IMG/VR virus record: IMGVR_UViG_3300027848_000009
Span: 32,001-96,000 of that record
Length of the DNA stretch: 64,000 nt
Source of the DNA: a virus
Direction: 5' to 3' (one strand)
Positions 27,201 to 37,600 of this stretch are shown here, piece by piece (position 1 is the first letter of the stretch; each line of letters begins with the position of its first letter). The translations under genes were made by a program, and so were the position numbers. The notes under the pieces were generated by a model. It made no database searches. It was not told the origin of the DNA and saw only the letters and a list, made by a program, of their open reading frames with translations.

Positions 27201-29119
27201 TTGTTTGCGTTCTGCAAAATTTCGCCGGGGAATTCGCCGTAGAACTCTCGCACGTTTTCGAGAACTTCGTCGAAAACCATTTCCGTTTCATCGGGGTCAA
27301 ACCCGTCGCGCTCAGCCGTACGCCGCATGTAGTCGACGTTACGGTTGTGTGGGAAGATGTTGTCTGACTCACGTTGCTGCGTTGACCGTCTTCCTCGTAG
27401 GTCGCGTTGGAGTGCTCGCTGGCGACGAAGTTCGTCGGCGACAACCATTCCGTCGCGATAGTCGCCATCAAAATTATTGTCAACCCACTTTTCCCACTTT
27501 TGTGGAAACCATTGGTTTTCTATTTCGGTGGACGGGTCGATGCCGAGTTCGTCTCTAAGTTCTGCGAGGCGTTCATCCGTGGCGCTAATGTACGCGTCCA
27601 TCTCTTCGGGGGCTATGTCGTCAAGTGTGCGACGGCTACGAAGACCCGAGTACAGCTGGGCAATTTGGTCGTCGTCGAATCCAAGTTCGCGGAGACGCTC
27701 CTCGCGTCGATCCGCCATCCGCTTTATCCGTTCGGGGTCCTCAGGGATGATGTTGCCCTTAGAGTCTCGCTTGACTTGCCCGTCTGAGCGGGATAGGCGC
27801 TGTGAGCGCATACCGCCCGCCAGCAGCGGTTGCTCCCTGACCCACCGCTCCAACTCCGCGCCTGTCAGCAGCGGCCTATTTGGGTCCCTTGCCTCATCCG
27901 CTTCCATTTCCGCTAGCGATCGTCGAATTCCGGCGGCGGCGGCGGCGGCGAGCTTCTCGATCTCGTCGAACGGGAGGTCACCGGGGAGGTTGTCCCCGTA
28001 CTTCTCGGGGAGTCCGAGATTTGTCGGGTCGTCCCTGCGCCTCCGCGCCGTCTCCGCTCTCACCCCGGCGCCTCTGCGGGCCTCTTGTTCGGCTGTCAGA
28101 CCGAGGCTGCCGATTTTACCATCATCCCGTTGGCGCCGTTCGGAGCGACGGCCCTGAATCGATGAGCCATCAATGCGGCGAACCAAACTCGACTGATCCC
28201 CAAGCAGCTCCCGCAAGCGGTTCTCGTCGAGGGCCGCGGCCGGATTCCCGGCACGACGCTCCTTTTCGATTTCCATTGAATCGCCGTCAACAAGGGCGGA
28301 GACCCGTCGAGCCATATTCTTTGGGACAGTGAACCGTGGGATGATTGGACGTTCCATTCCGGGCACGCCCTCAAATACGATCCCGTCACTGTCCCCATCG
28401 ACCCGTCCGGTGATGTCAACGAAAGACATTCCTCGCGGTGCGGAACGAAGACCGCCTCCAACTTTTGGTCCAAGCGCTTTGACCTCTGGTTCGAATGGGC
28501 TCAGGCTGTATCCGCCGTGATTTAGGAGGGACTCAGATTTTGCTTTGAGTACTTCCTTGACTGTGCGGCGAAGAATCCCTGTTCCGTTCGCCATATTGGA
28601 AAGATCGCTACCTAGGTGCGGGTTATTGTCCCTCGACTTGAATCGCATTCCCTTGGTCTCGATTCCGAGACCATCAACCCGAACCTTGGCCATAACCGAC
28701 GAACGTGCGGTTTCGTTGAGCAGCGAGCGGACCTTGAATTCGACTGCGGTTTGGAAATGCTCGTCAGGGAAGAACGAGAGAGGGACGCCCGACATGTCGA
28801 GAATTTTGGTGTTCGCCCGAGTTTTAAATGAAGCCACGTGGACCATGTCATCTCGGTTTGGGAGCCTGACATCGAGATTCCCATCGATCATTTCGGCAAG
28901 AAGAGGCTCTTCCGACGCCGACAAGCCTCGGAAGGCGCCGACTTCGATCCCGTATGGGAGTTCGTCTTCGATGCTTTTTGTTTGGATGTCGTTATACGCT
29001 TCCGCCCATGCTTCGCCTTTCGCCGAAAGGCCATAACAGGTTTCAGCAACTTCATCTCGAACGACTAAGCCAAACAGCTTTCCCGAAATTTTGTCTTTTA
29101 CGATTGCGTACTGTTTCAC
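24218..29119 (-). CDS. 1633-aa multidomain protein with C-terminal ADP-ribosyltransferase-like domain
   Basis: IHRG..YGVGEYWA..GYDYV..VHNR at the C-terminus; DGDSDG motif; five G[LM]RS. Confidence 0.6.
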   Translation of the reverse strand: MKQYAIVKDKISGKLFGLVVRDEVAETCYGLSAKGEAWAEAYNDIQTKSIEDELPYGIEVGAFRGLSASEEPLLAEMIDGNLDVRLPNRDDMVHVASFKTRANTKILDMSGVPLSFFPDEHFQTAVEFKVRSLLNETARSSVMAKVRVDGLGIETKGMRFKSRDNNPHLGSDLSNMANGTGILRRTVKEVLKAKSESLLNHGGYSLSPFEPEVKALGPKVGGGLRSAPRGMSFVDITGRVDGDSDGIVFEGVPGMERPIIPRFTVPKNMARRVSALVDGDSMEIEKERRAGNPAAALDENRLRELLGDQSSLVRRIDGSSIQGRRSERRQRDDGKIGSLGLTAEQEARRGAGVRAETARRRRDDPTNLGLPEKYGDNLPGDLPFDEIEKLAAAAAAGIRRSLAEMEADEARDPNRPLLTGAELERWVREQPLLAGGMRSQRLSRSDGQVKRDSKGNIIPEDPERIKRMADRREERLRELGFDDDQIAQLYSGLRSRRTLDDIAPEEMDAYISATDERLAELRDELGIDPSTEIENQWFPQKWEKWVDNNFDGDYRDGMVVADELRRQRALQRDLRGRRSTQQRESDNIFPHNRNVDYMRRTAERDGFDPDETEMVFDEVLENVREFYGEFPGEILQNANNYTPARRRTGWDAQLPGEDETVRGRITKGPLKGARYEYFREASWGNRGDYGGGHHSLFVETPSGNTYEFGGGVEDSLGLESIRKSKGMRPSKERATGKEVRELLDGVDVNFGGYAQMNNGISSAVVEAATVLDGKGVYGSNAEFMGRLRAALRQLELDGPLDGMSNSDRSSLSQILNDTLDTLTERRSSSISGLQSRRGPKKPKAPKSPKNPTSGNPSNVSSEKLPKITDTSNKRTVELYFGLNGEAKRPQHKRIEAGDQNFFKMLEANGFVLHDAGGNGSVIIVPDRLYDWTKKQGTDVTSTWPGPNSPKFEEKIGVGILFRGTHWNPRKPLKHDVERWIRRIWGSDAIVDLERNAKKNGKDRGVGKVGKVDSIPPKDPSGNGMRSARQAAPRFSPDRGIDRADRQAAQMDVTATRGLGGGMRSRKKRGGVAGITKVNDRDGQVWGNLNDAQKASVRDAARAREGALFYDLTKNGPLDGARQNMLDDGLYTVGMTPDEMRQIVPENDLLETLQSALDSSLGDGEITPEVYASKRKQLDDIKTLAEMRLRGDYSMLEHLHDTTQKRVMTDARKENKDVPTAASVGLGQESTFYNDERSSSASAVGGAISERAAKKAGKRRRDFADRIMQPDADREQRRQNRRMRRNSLLGRTATQSDIAATEKARRKLARLLRRARRKLRGERTEKSIRKLFEDRRQKTPLARDAGGKPKVDDNFIDFLAFVQTRIIGRDKGEIDKETFDDLLLNLWENGEMNGKPVLLSENEFETLIDAGWTPIHRGVGRENSKALGYINSYKEDDDRFIPGQGARAYGVGEYWASEKSSHWGAYGTGMVGFVDPDGNGIDSKDLNDIQNDHKKLAREVESLISEQGTDVLKNEDPANAAAAITKRLKEAETRLGVAGLLEQSDMGRIYDQWIDQYSKLKPDDPRREPMWDALGYMQSLSAHDAGYYAPMLGYDYVDHGEVVLVHNRGTVAVLDISQPIDGIEARVMIKAARG

Positions 29120-31080
29120 TTTTTACCTCCAAGCGCGATTACAATTTGTTCACGCTGGTTTTGAAGAATATCGATTCTATTTTCTACAATAGTCGAAACA
29201 ATATTCAGGTGGGTTTTCTCGGCGGTACTCAACGACCCATCCGAATAGAGCCGATTCCGGTATCGCGTGAAACTAAACTTTCGCGCTTTTTCCAAAAGTT
29301 GAAATACTTGCTGCTGCATCTGACGTTTTTGCGACTCCTTCAACTCTCTATAATACTTGCTGTACACGCCTTCAATATTGACCGATTGAAACTTTCGTAT
29401 GCGGGCTTTTGTTCTCTCGCTGATTTTGATTTCATCCAAATCGTAAAGTTCCGACTGAGCAAACAGTGGAACAGCAGTAGCCGTGTCGCCCTTTTTGAGA
29501 ATGGCGATCGAATTTAGTTTCCGATTGGTAACGTCAGAAAGTAGGTCTGCGACCAGAAGTGCTGCCACTTGGTTCGTGTCAATGTCAGAAAGCGCAATAT
29601 CTGTTGTCAGTTTGGAGCCATCTACGACCGACTCTGGCGACTCGATCAACAGATTTTTCTTTGCCCCAGTGCCGGTAATCCCGTAGTCGGGTGTATCGAT
29701 GCCCAAAAACTTCTGCACTTCAGCGGAAAACCCGTGATTAATATGATCGTTGGGACGTGTCGACTTGCGAAGAGCGTAAGACTTTCCTGATGTCGAGGTG
29801 TACAGATTCCCTTCTCTCTTGAAGATATTTGCTTCGCGAAGTGCTGCCTGCAGGATCGACGGACTGATTTGCGAAAGAGGCCCACCTTTTTTGATGATTG
29901 CAGCAGCTTGGCTTACATCTGTCACATCGTCCGTCGGCGAAGCAGGCTTCTTGGAGGCAGCCGTCTTTGGCTTTTTTGCTTTCTTGAACATGTCCCCGAT
30001 AGTTTTACCTGTGGGGAGTTTCTCCGTGTAGGACATCCCGTCGCCGGTTTCTTCAACTAGGTATTTTAGTCGCGCTGCCGGGTCTGAACTGTTGTCTGTT
30101 TTGATTGCCTTGTTTACTGTTCGACCAAGTTTTCGACGTTCACCAACAGTAAGTTTTCGAACCTTTTTGATTTCGACGACCCCACCGTTGTTCAGGACAT
30201 ACGTCACGTTGGTTACACCAGTATTCGACATCAGGCCAAGTTCTTCCCCACCGAAATTGTCGACCGACTGCAACCGCATGACATAGGTTGCATCCTCCAT
30301 GTCACGGTTGTCTGGAATTGTTCGTAGAACCGCGCTACTCACAACTGGTTCCAGAACGAAACTGTCTCGTCGGACAAGGCGAACAGCGTCTCCATCAACT
30401 TTGCTCATCCCTTTGATGATTTCGCCAACCGCCTTATCGCGGGCGACCGCATTCGTTTTTGGCGAGACCCGAGGAATTTGTGGACGTCGAACCGTCGTTA
30501 CATTGCCCACGCCCGGGGAGCCAGTGATTGGATCGCCCTCAACGGTGTCGACTTGCATAGCACGCGGACCCCTGAGCGCCCTGCGAATGGCGGAAATTGC
30601 CCGACCGAGCGGTCCGGGAAGACCGAACAGTTTTGCTCCACACGTCGACAAACGGTTATCGGTGAAACGGCCACCATACTGGTATCCCTCTGGACATCTG
30701 CTTGTTCCGTTGCCGGGAGACCTGCGCCGTCTCCCACCCCCGCCGCCGGGAGTAAGTGCCCGCGCGATTCCGGAGCGAATGGGGCTCCTGTAGGGGGAAA
30801 TGTTTCCCGGAAGGATTGCTGATCCGACCGACTGGGCGGCCTGTCCGGCCCGGCTACTTGACCCGATGAGCCCAACGCGCTTTACTCGGTAGTTGCCATT
30901 GCGGACCGAAAGACCCTTGTACTCGATGACTTCTTCTAGTCGGGCGCCGACTCCACGCAGATACGGCGTGTTGACTTTCGTGTTCAGATCGACCAGTATC
31001 ACCCTTTTCACGCTGATGGCTGGACACGCCTCGCATCCTGTTTCTTTGTCGTACAAGAATGACTCAACCATCATGCGCAC
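29116..31080 (-). CDS. 654-aa protein with a degenerate HipA/PI3K-like kinase fold at the C-terminus
   Basis: LGIDTPDY..DLLSDVTNRKLNSI; N-terminal RCPEGYQYGGRFTD..C. Confidence 0.5.
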   Translation of the reverse strand: MRMMVESFLYDKETGCEACPAISVKRVILVDLNTKVNTPYLRGVGARLEEVIEYKGLSVRNGNYRVKRVGLIGSSSRAGQAAQSVGSAILPGNISPYRSPIRSGIARALTPGGGGGRRRRSPGNGTSRCPEGYQYGGRFTDNRLSTCGAKLFGLPGPLGRAISAIRRALRGPRAMQVDTVEGDPITGSPGVGNVTTVRRPQIPRVSPKTNAVARDKAVGEIIKGMSKVDGDAVRLVRRDSFVLEPVVSSAVLRTIPDNRDMEDATYVMRLQSVDNFGGEELGLMSNTGVTNVTYVLNNGGVVEIKKVRKLTVGERRKLGRTVNKAIKTDNSSDPAARLKYLVEETGDGMSYTEKLPTGKTIGDMFKKAKKPKTAASKKPASPTDDVTDVSQAAAIIKKGGPLSQISPSILQAALREANIFKREGNLYTSTSGKSYALRKSTRPNDHINHGFSAEVQKFLGIDTPDYGITGTGAKKNLLIESPESVVDGSKLTTDIALSDIDTNQVAALLVADLLSDVTNRKLNSIAILKKGDTATAVPLFAQSELYDLDEIKISERTKARIRKFQSVNIEGVYSKYYRELKESQKRQMQQQVFQLLEKARKFSFTRYRNRLYSDGSLSTAEKTHLNIVSTIVENRIDILQNQREQIVIALGGKK

Positions 31081-31721
31081 TCTCTGCAGTCGTCGTCTCG
31101 CGTGAACTCGTTTACGAGTTTTGTTCCATCAGACATCTCGACCTCAAGTTCCCAGTTATCGTAATCGCGGAGATAGTTGGCAAAGGTTGGCTCCATTGCG
31201 ACAAAGTCGGTTAGCACAGAAAATGCATGCTTGTAATCCATTTCGGTTACGACAGGTGGAATACCGTCGTCGAATCCAAGGCTTTTCATTTCTTGAAAAT
31301 CGCTAAAGAAGACATCATCGCTGTCTTCCCAGTATCCTTCGAGAGACTTCTTGCCCTTTTTGAACCGTTTCTTCATCCTGCGATTGAAGTCGCCGTCGCT
31401 CCAATTCTTCAGTTTCTTGAGTTTCCCTTTACAGTTCTTCATGGTTGGATGGTGGCAGCCTTCATTCGGCCACAAACCAGTAGTTTCATGATGAAGCCAA
31501 GCGCATATTCTGCTCAACGGATACAACTCCGGATGGTTCTTCAGGATTACCCTGCAGCGCGTGAAGCCTCCCGGCTTCCTCATGATTGGGCGCCAGTAGC
31601 GAAGAAGTCGCTCTAGGTTGCCGCGTCTTGGTCCACGTCCGCGAAGGACGTCGCCAGTGATACGCTCCTGAGGGAGGTCCAAAAGTATATCTTGAATTGC
31701 TTTGATCTCTAGATCAATCAT
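31071..31721 (-). CDS. Head-module hypothetical protein
   Basis: LLRYW..PGGFTRC..ICAWLHHETTGLWP. Confidence 0.6.
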   Translation of the reverse strand: MIDLEIKAIQDILLDLPQERITGDVLRGRGPRRGNLERLLRYWRPIMRKPGGFTRCRVILKNHPELYPLSRICAWLHHETTGLWPNEGCHHPTMKNCKGKLKKLKNWSDGDFNRRMKKRFKKGKKSLEGYWEDSDDVFFSDFQEMKSLGFDDGIPPVVTEMDYKHAFSVLTDFVAMEPTFANYLRDYDNWELEVEMSDGTKLVNEFTRDDDCRECA

Positions 31722-31738
31722 GATACCTACAGTTTAGT

Positions 31739-32140
31739 TTATTCAGTGCCTTCTTCGGCGTTGGAACCCGAAGTCAACCGCTTGTGCCGCTCTTGTGATG
31801 CAATGCGTTCTTCGAGGGATCGAGTTGCTATAAGTTTTTTTGGGCGCTGCGATTTAGGTACATTTAGAAAACCGTACCTGAAACTGTTCCAAATCTGCTC
31901 ATCTGTCTCGTCCCTGAATAGATTGGTATGAGAAGTGTAAGAAATGTTGTAATCGTTATACATTTCTCGAATCAGAGTTATACGTTTTTCTGTATGCGGA
32001 TCGCTACCAAACTCAATTTTGCGGAAAGCACCAATAATTTGGTCGCGCGACAAAACCTTTTCGGCCTGCGATCGGGTCACGCCAAGCACTTTTTCCACTT
32101 TCTCGTTCCAGTCAATTAACCACTTTGGTTCTGAACCCAT
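31739..32140 (-). CDS. Hypothetical protein (candidate immunity protein)
   Basis: Small, more AT-rich gene directly after the zincin gene. Confidence 0.55.
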   Translation of the reverse strand: MGSEPKWLIDWNEKVEKVLGVTRSQAEKVLSRDQIIGAFRKIEFGSDPHTEKRITLIREMYNDYNISYTSHTNLFRDETDEQIWNSFRYGFLNVPKSQRPKKLIATRSLEERIASQERHKRLTSGSNAEEGTE

Positions 32141-32147
32141 AAAATCC

Positions 32148-34646
32148 TCAATTAATCCTCATGTCGGCGTCCGGGAAAAGCCACTTCTGTACCTTCGCTA
32201 CCACCGCCAGCTCTTCGTCGTTCAGGCCGCGGGTGCTATCTCCCCACTTAATAAATATTTCGTTGCCAAGAGCGTTCGCTGCCCCAAGTTCAGCAAACAA
32301 CTCCATGTCATGAAAGTCAAACAATATATCCGCGTCGCGGGCTATGTGCGCAGCCATATAGCTGGCCCATGGACCTTGTGATCCAAGTTTTGCGATCATT
32401 CGAACGAGTTCCCGCTCCCGTTCTGTCAGGTCATCGAAACGTTTTGTCCCAGCAAAGAATTGTTCGAGCAATGCGCGTAGCGCTGCTAGGTCGCCTATGC
32501 TCATCTTTCCCTGTAGATCACTTAGGATGATCGCCAGATCGTCGTACGCCGCTTTGGTAAGAGCTTCTCGAACGTTGATCGAACCGAGGCTGGAATCCAG
32601 AAGTTGCCGAACCGTAATGGCACCATCTGTTCCGGGTACCCGAAGTGGCCTAACGGTGTCAACTTCTCCCCGCTGTTTGGCCATGTCGCCGAGTCGTATC
32701 ATTGCTTCGACGATTGGCTTTACATCCTCAGCGGTAACAGCTGGCGTATCCTTGGTTTTGGGCAGGCCATGTTCGAGCATCAACGCCAAGTCGGGCACGG
32801 GGATTGGGGTCCCGTCCGAGAGTTTTAGGATTGGTGCAACGACCCTGCCATTCCATGGCGTCTTACTCATGTAAGACATTGGGGTTGAAAATAACTCGCT
32901 ATTTTGACCCACCAGTTTAGCGAAAAACATTTGGTGGATTTGATCCCACGCGATTGGATCGCCAGCCTTCCACGAGTGGCCAGTTGGGTTGGGGAAAACC
33001 CGACGACCCAGTGCGTTAAAAAAGTCTGCGATCCCCTGCGACGCTCCAATTTTCTGACCGCTCCCATCGGCTTTCGCGATCGGATTGTTCCAGAGGCCAT
33101 CGAGGCGGGGATTCTCGGAGTCCATCCCGGCCAACAAATGCTGCATAACGGCGTAATCCCCATACTTTCGCACCAATATTTGTTCTCTGAGCGCCCGTTT
33201 TACTTCCGTGTCCGACATCGATTTTTCGATATGTTCTTTTACTCTGTTGTGTACGTCTAGAACGGTTAGTCCTTCATCTCGATCGAAGCCCGCAGCAGAA
33301 AGAGCGTCATCCATCGACATTGTCATGTGGGCAACGTGCGTCATTTCATGACTGGTGATAGCGCGTTGAGCCATAGCCCGGGCCTCCTGCCATGCTTGCA
33401 CCGATTCAGCGTCGCCGAAGTCGCCGGGAGTGTCTTCCAGCATGGTGAAAAACATTTTGTTTACTTCCAACTGGAAATTGCCGAAATCATCCAAATTCCC
33501 GCGTTTGTCGTAACTCGTCTCCTCTTGATATTTTACCTTAAACATCATCGATGGTGTGTCATCGGGTCCGACCGGGACGAAGTCGAAGCCATTGGTGAAT
33601 TTCGCGAGCCTCTGCCTTCCCTTATACTCGATCGATCCATCGGCGGTATTGAATCCGGGCTGATTTAGACTATAAGCGGAAATGTCGAATCTCATGTCGT
33701 TGAGTCGCTGGTTCCAACTCAATGCCAACATGAAGCCCATCGCGTGCTCGTAATGCGCTGGAAGAAGCTCATTATTGGCTAACTTGTCAGCAAAATAGTC
33801 TGCTTTTGAAACTCCGCTAATAAAGTTTGGGTGCGCTTGGTTCATCGCTGAACGAAGGTCTCCGTACGTTTTGATTGGTTTTCCGCCATGGAACATGTCG
33901 AGAACGCGCTTCGTATCCTTCTCGTAAATGTTACTGTAATGCTCCTTTGATCGCTGCACCCAACGGTCACTCGGAGTACTAGGCAGATAATTCCGAATAG
34001 AGGCCATTCCGGTTACTTGCCGTGCCTCAATACGGTTTTGTGCCCGCCGAAACTTTTTTGCTCGCCTCACCTGACGAGAGGAAACGTCCGCAACCGCACC
34101 CGAAACGCGTCGAGCAAACTGTGTTCCCTCCTGCACGAAACCGTCACCGTCCGCATCTCCCGAATCGGGATCGAACGTTGCCCCACGAACGAAACCGCGA
34201 ACGGCGCCCGTCGCCCGATCACCAATGCGCCCTGCTCCGCGCCTAAGCGCCCGACCGAGGGCTTTCTCGTGATTGCCGCTGGACATCAGCGACTTCAACT
34301 CGCTCGCGCGCACTTCCTTTTCTTCGATGATCTCTTCTGCCGATTTCGAGTTTGTCTTGGGAAACTTTAAAATGGTTTCAGTTCCAGCCAGCATGCTGTC
34401 GGGGATTGGCTGCACTCGGCTTTCGATGATGTTCCGCCAACGATCATTAGGGGAATCGACACCAGACCACAGGAATTCGTGAAAATCTGACGTCAAGATG
34501 CGCTTTACCGGCTTGTGCGCGATGAAGGATAAAAAATTTACGTTATGGGTTTTCCGTTCCTTGTCGACGAGCACACCATCTGACTCTCCATCGATAACAA
34601 AATAAAGTGTTCCTACACTGGTTCTACCTACGGGGATCGCTTTCAT
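32148..34646 (-). CDS. 832-aa protein with a zincin metallopeptidase motif
   Basis: ITSHEMTH plus downstream ELFAE; DADGDG motif. Confidence 0.65.
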   Translation of the reverse strand: MKAIPVGRTSVGTLYFVIDGESDGVLVDKERKTHNVNFLSFIAHKPVKRILTSDFHEFLWSGVDSPNDRWRNIIESRVQPIPDSMLAGTETILKFPKTNSKSAEEIIEEKEVRASELKSLMSSGNHEKALGRALRRGAGRIGDRATGAVRGFVRGATFDPDSGDADGDGFVQEGTQFARRVSGAVADVSSRQVRRAKKFRRAQNRIEARQVTGMASIRNYLPSTPSDRWVQRSKEHYSNIYEKDTKRVLDMFHGGKPIKTYGDLRSAMNQAHPNFISGVSKADYFADKLANNELLPAHYEHAMGFMLALSWNQRLNDMRFDISAYSLNQPGFNTADGSIEYKGRQRLAKFTNGFDFVPVGPDDTPSMMFKVKYQEETSYDKRGNLDDFGNFQLEVNKMFFTMLEDTPGDFGDAESVQAWQEARAMAQRAITSHEMTHVAHMTMSMDDALSAAGFDRDEGLTVLDVHNRVKEHIEKSMSDTEVKRALREQILVRKYGDYAVMQHLLAGMDSENPRLDGLWNNPIAKADGSGQKIGASQGIADFFNALGRRVFPNPTGHSWKAGDPIAWDQIHQMFFAKLVGQNSELFSTPMSYMSKTPWNGRVVAPILKLSDGTPIPVPDLALMLEHGLPKTKDTPAVTAEDVKPIVEAMIRLGDMAKQRGEVDTVRPLRVPGTDGAITVRQLLDSSLGSINVREALTKAAYDDLAIILSDLQGKMSIGDLAALRALLEQFFAGTKRFDDLTERERELVRMIAKLGSQGPWASYMAAHIARDADILFDFHDMELFAELGAANALGNEIFIKWGDSTRGLNDEELAVVAKVQKWLFPDADMRIN

Positions 34647-37600
34647 TCGCCAACCTCACGTAATGCCGCTTCGTACACTGGGCTATGACTATCTAAGGAT
34701 TTGGAACCACGCATGTTTCGCATCCCCTGTTGAACGATGGGTCGGAGGGTGGCTTGGCGTGCGGAAACTTCATCGTCCAAGCGAACAAGCAGTGCTTCCT
34801 CGACGTTACGGACACGACCGATTCGTGCGCCAGAATCCGTTGAGGAGGTGAGGTCTCTTCTACTGAAGAGATCGATGCCATCCGCGTTCGTGTACCTGAC
34901 GTTTACGCCCGCACGATCAAATCGAATCCGATCGGCATTTGCGGCGCGATGCTGGCGAAGCAGGTTTGCGCTTTTGATGTTTGGTAGGCGACCGTTTGAA
35001 AGCGACTCTAACAAGAAGTCGATTTCTGCATCGGACCATCCTGCTCTTTTTAGATTCTGTGCGGTTCCGCTCGCTTGGAAGTCGATATCTCCGCGACGCA
35101 ATTCGAGCCTCTTCCAGCCAAGGGAATCGATCGGAACATCAATCCGCTCGATGTCCGCAATGTCGAATCCGCCAGCGATTGCTGTTTCCATTGGAATGTC
35201 TGCCGAACCAAAACTTCTTGGAAGACGTGTCATCATCCCGTTTTGTTCGACTTCGGGCGGCATGTCACGCATCTGCACGCCACGAAAATCGCCGGTAAGT
35301 CCAGCGTGTAAAAGATTTCCCATCCGTAAGGCTGTATCGCCTTCGCCTCGTCTAGAAACTGCCAACTGGGAAGCGTAGCGACGAGGGTCGGTGTCGTTCA
35401 GGCGGGTCATCGCGGCGGGATCTCGGAGAATGTCGCCAAGAGCGTATGCCGACCTCATCGACACTTCCGGTCGGAGAACGATGTCTGACTCCCCATACGG
35501 GGAAAGAGGTCCATGTGGAGAGTCGCCACTGTGGTCGAAGAAGCCGGAGCGACGCAATGCGGGGAATCCGCCACGTCCGCTTCGCTCTAGGAGGTCGTCG
35601 ACAATATTATCGTGTACGGCATGGGTGGCGTGTCCAATGAGTGGTCGACTATCGGGTGGCGCACCCGTCGGCCAGCCATTGTTCCGTTCGAATTCGGCCA
35701 TCATCATTGAACGATCCGCCCGCGTTGGACTTCCTGTTTCAAGCAGGTCATTCAACTCGTCGGAAGAAACGCGGCTGCGAACCCGGCGGTCAACGCCCTC
35801 ATGCCATTGCTCTGCCGCCTCGGCAACCTTTTTGGTGACAGCGTCGCTTCCTGATCGCTCGATGAAATCGCGAGTTTCCGGCGTCATCGAAAATTCACGA
35901 CCATCTGCGGTGCGTAGGTTGTCGCTGAGGTCGCCGTCTGCAAGTCTGTCGGCGGTGAGGATCATGCTTGTCGCGGTGGAGCGGTCGAGCGTCTGGTCGC
36001 GGGCCGAAAAGTCTGGGTTGAACGGCTCGATGGAGTTGTCCGCAAAGCCTCGATCCATGTCATTGCGACGCTTGATCATTTTTGTTCGGACAGCAGAATC
36101 TTGGCTGAAGTGAGACCTGACGTGACGGGGTTGTTCAACCTGCCGACCACGAAGGACTCTTTCTAGGTCAGAGCGTTCACGCATTTCGGCGACGCTTCCC
36201 GGATTGCCCCATTCGGACATGTCTCCGAGTAGCCGACCAGCGAAGTCGGAGGATGATTCCTGACGCGAAGGAATCATGGTTTGGACTCCGTCGACGTCTT
36301 CGACGACGTCGAACGAGCCGGGGGGCAGGGTGAGTTTAGAATTTTCTCCGTCCTCATTTTCGCGCCACATTCCACGCGATCCCTTCGGCACAACTATTTT
36401 TGTGCGGTTTCCGGAATTCGCGTAGTCGATGTTGCTTTCCTCGCGGGAAGAAACTACTTGCAGTTCTACGAAACCTCTGGACCTCTTTGACCGCAGTCCA
36501 TCGAGTAGGAGTTGGAAACTCCGTCCGTCCTCCGCTTCGATGTAGGTGTCGATCGGGATCAGGTCGTCGCCGTCGTCAAATATGACGTATCCTTCAACAG
36601 TTTCAGATACTGGGTTCCGTTCCATCGCATCCAAAACAGGAAGAATGGTTTCGGCAATTTCTTTTGAAGGAGATGGATGTGGGCCAGTGTTGTCCACTTC
36701 CTGCCCGCGAACCTCTGCCGCTCGCTTAACCGCATCTTCGAGGTCGGTTCCACCATGAACGTAACTTTTGTTCCGTTCCTTTAGGTCTTTGGTCATTGCG
36801 GCTTGTTCGACATTGTTCATGGAGCGCATCGCTTCCATCGACTGCTCCGAACCGTGCCCTGCTGGATCCTCTGTCCACGATTTTGGCGCATCCGGGTAGC
36901 GTCCGGGAATGCTTTGTTCGGTTTGGATCATCGCCTGCCGATAGCGGTCATCGTCGTAAATTTCGTCGTCGTCGCCAGCATTCTTTTTGTAAGGCTTCTT
37001 CGACTTGCGGAAAATTTTTCCAGAATCGTTCCGTTCAAATTTGCTGGAACGTTCTTGCCTGATTTTATCGCTGGCGTTACGGCGTCGAGCATTCTCGTCG
37101 GCGATCTGCGCCATTCCCTTTGACGCCATCCACAGGCGTGCGGTGTCGTCGTCGTCTAATTGCTCTCCGGCGTCAATTCGTTCGAGCAGTTGATCGGCGT
37201 CAGTCTGTAAGACCTTAAATCTGCCATCTAGGCCGTCGGCGCCCAACTGACTGTAAGGGACGTCAGGCCATCCCCATGTTCTGGCAATTGATTTGCGTGG
37301 AATCTCTTGGTTGCCGCCTCTCTTGTCATCAGGTCGACCGCCGTGGCGGGCAATGAAGTAACGCTCCATGAGATCCCATGGTCCCTGAGTCGAAAGAATT
37401 TCTCCCGTTTCCTTATCAACCATCCATGTAATTTCACTTGGAATGATGCTCAGTTCCGTGTCGTCCGGAACGGGTGAGCCCGGAGGGCTGTTCGGTGGAT
37501 TCGTGGCAGGGATGTTGGGTGGGGTTGGCGGGGGTGTATTTCCCGGAGGTGCAGGCGACCATTTCGGAGGTCCGGATGGAGTTACGGGCGAGTTGATATC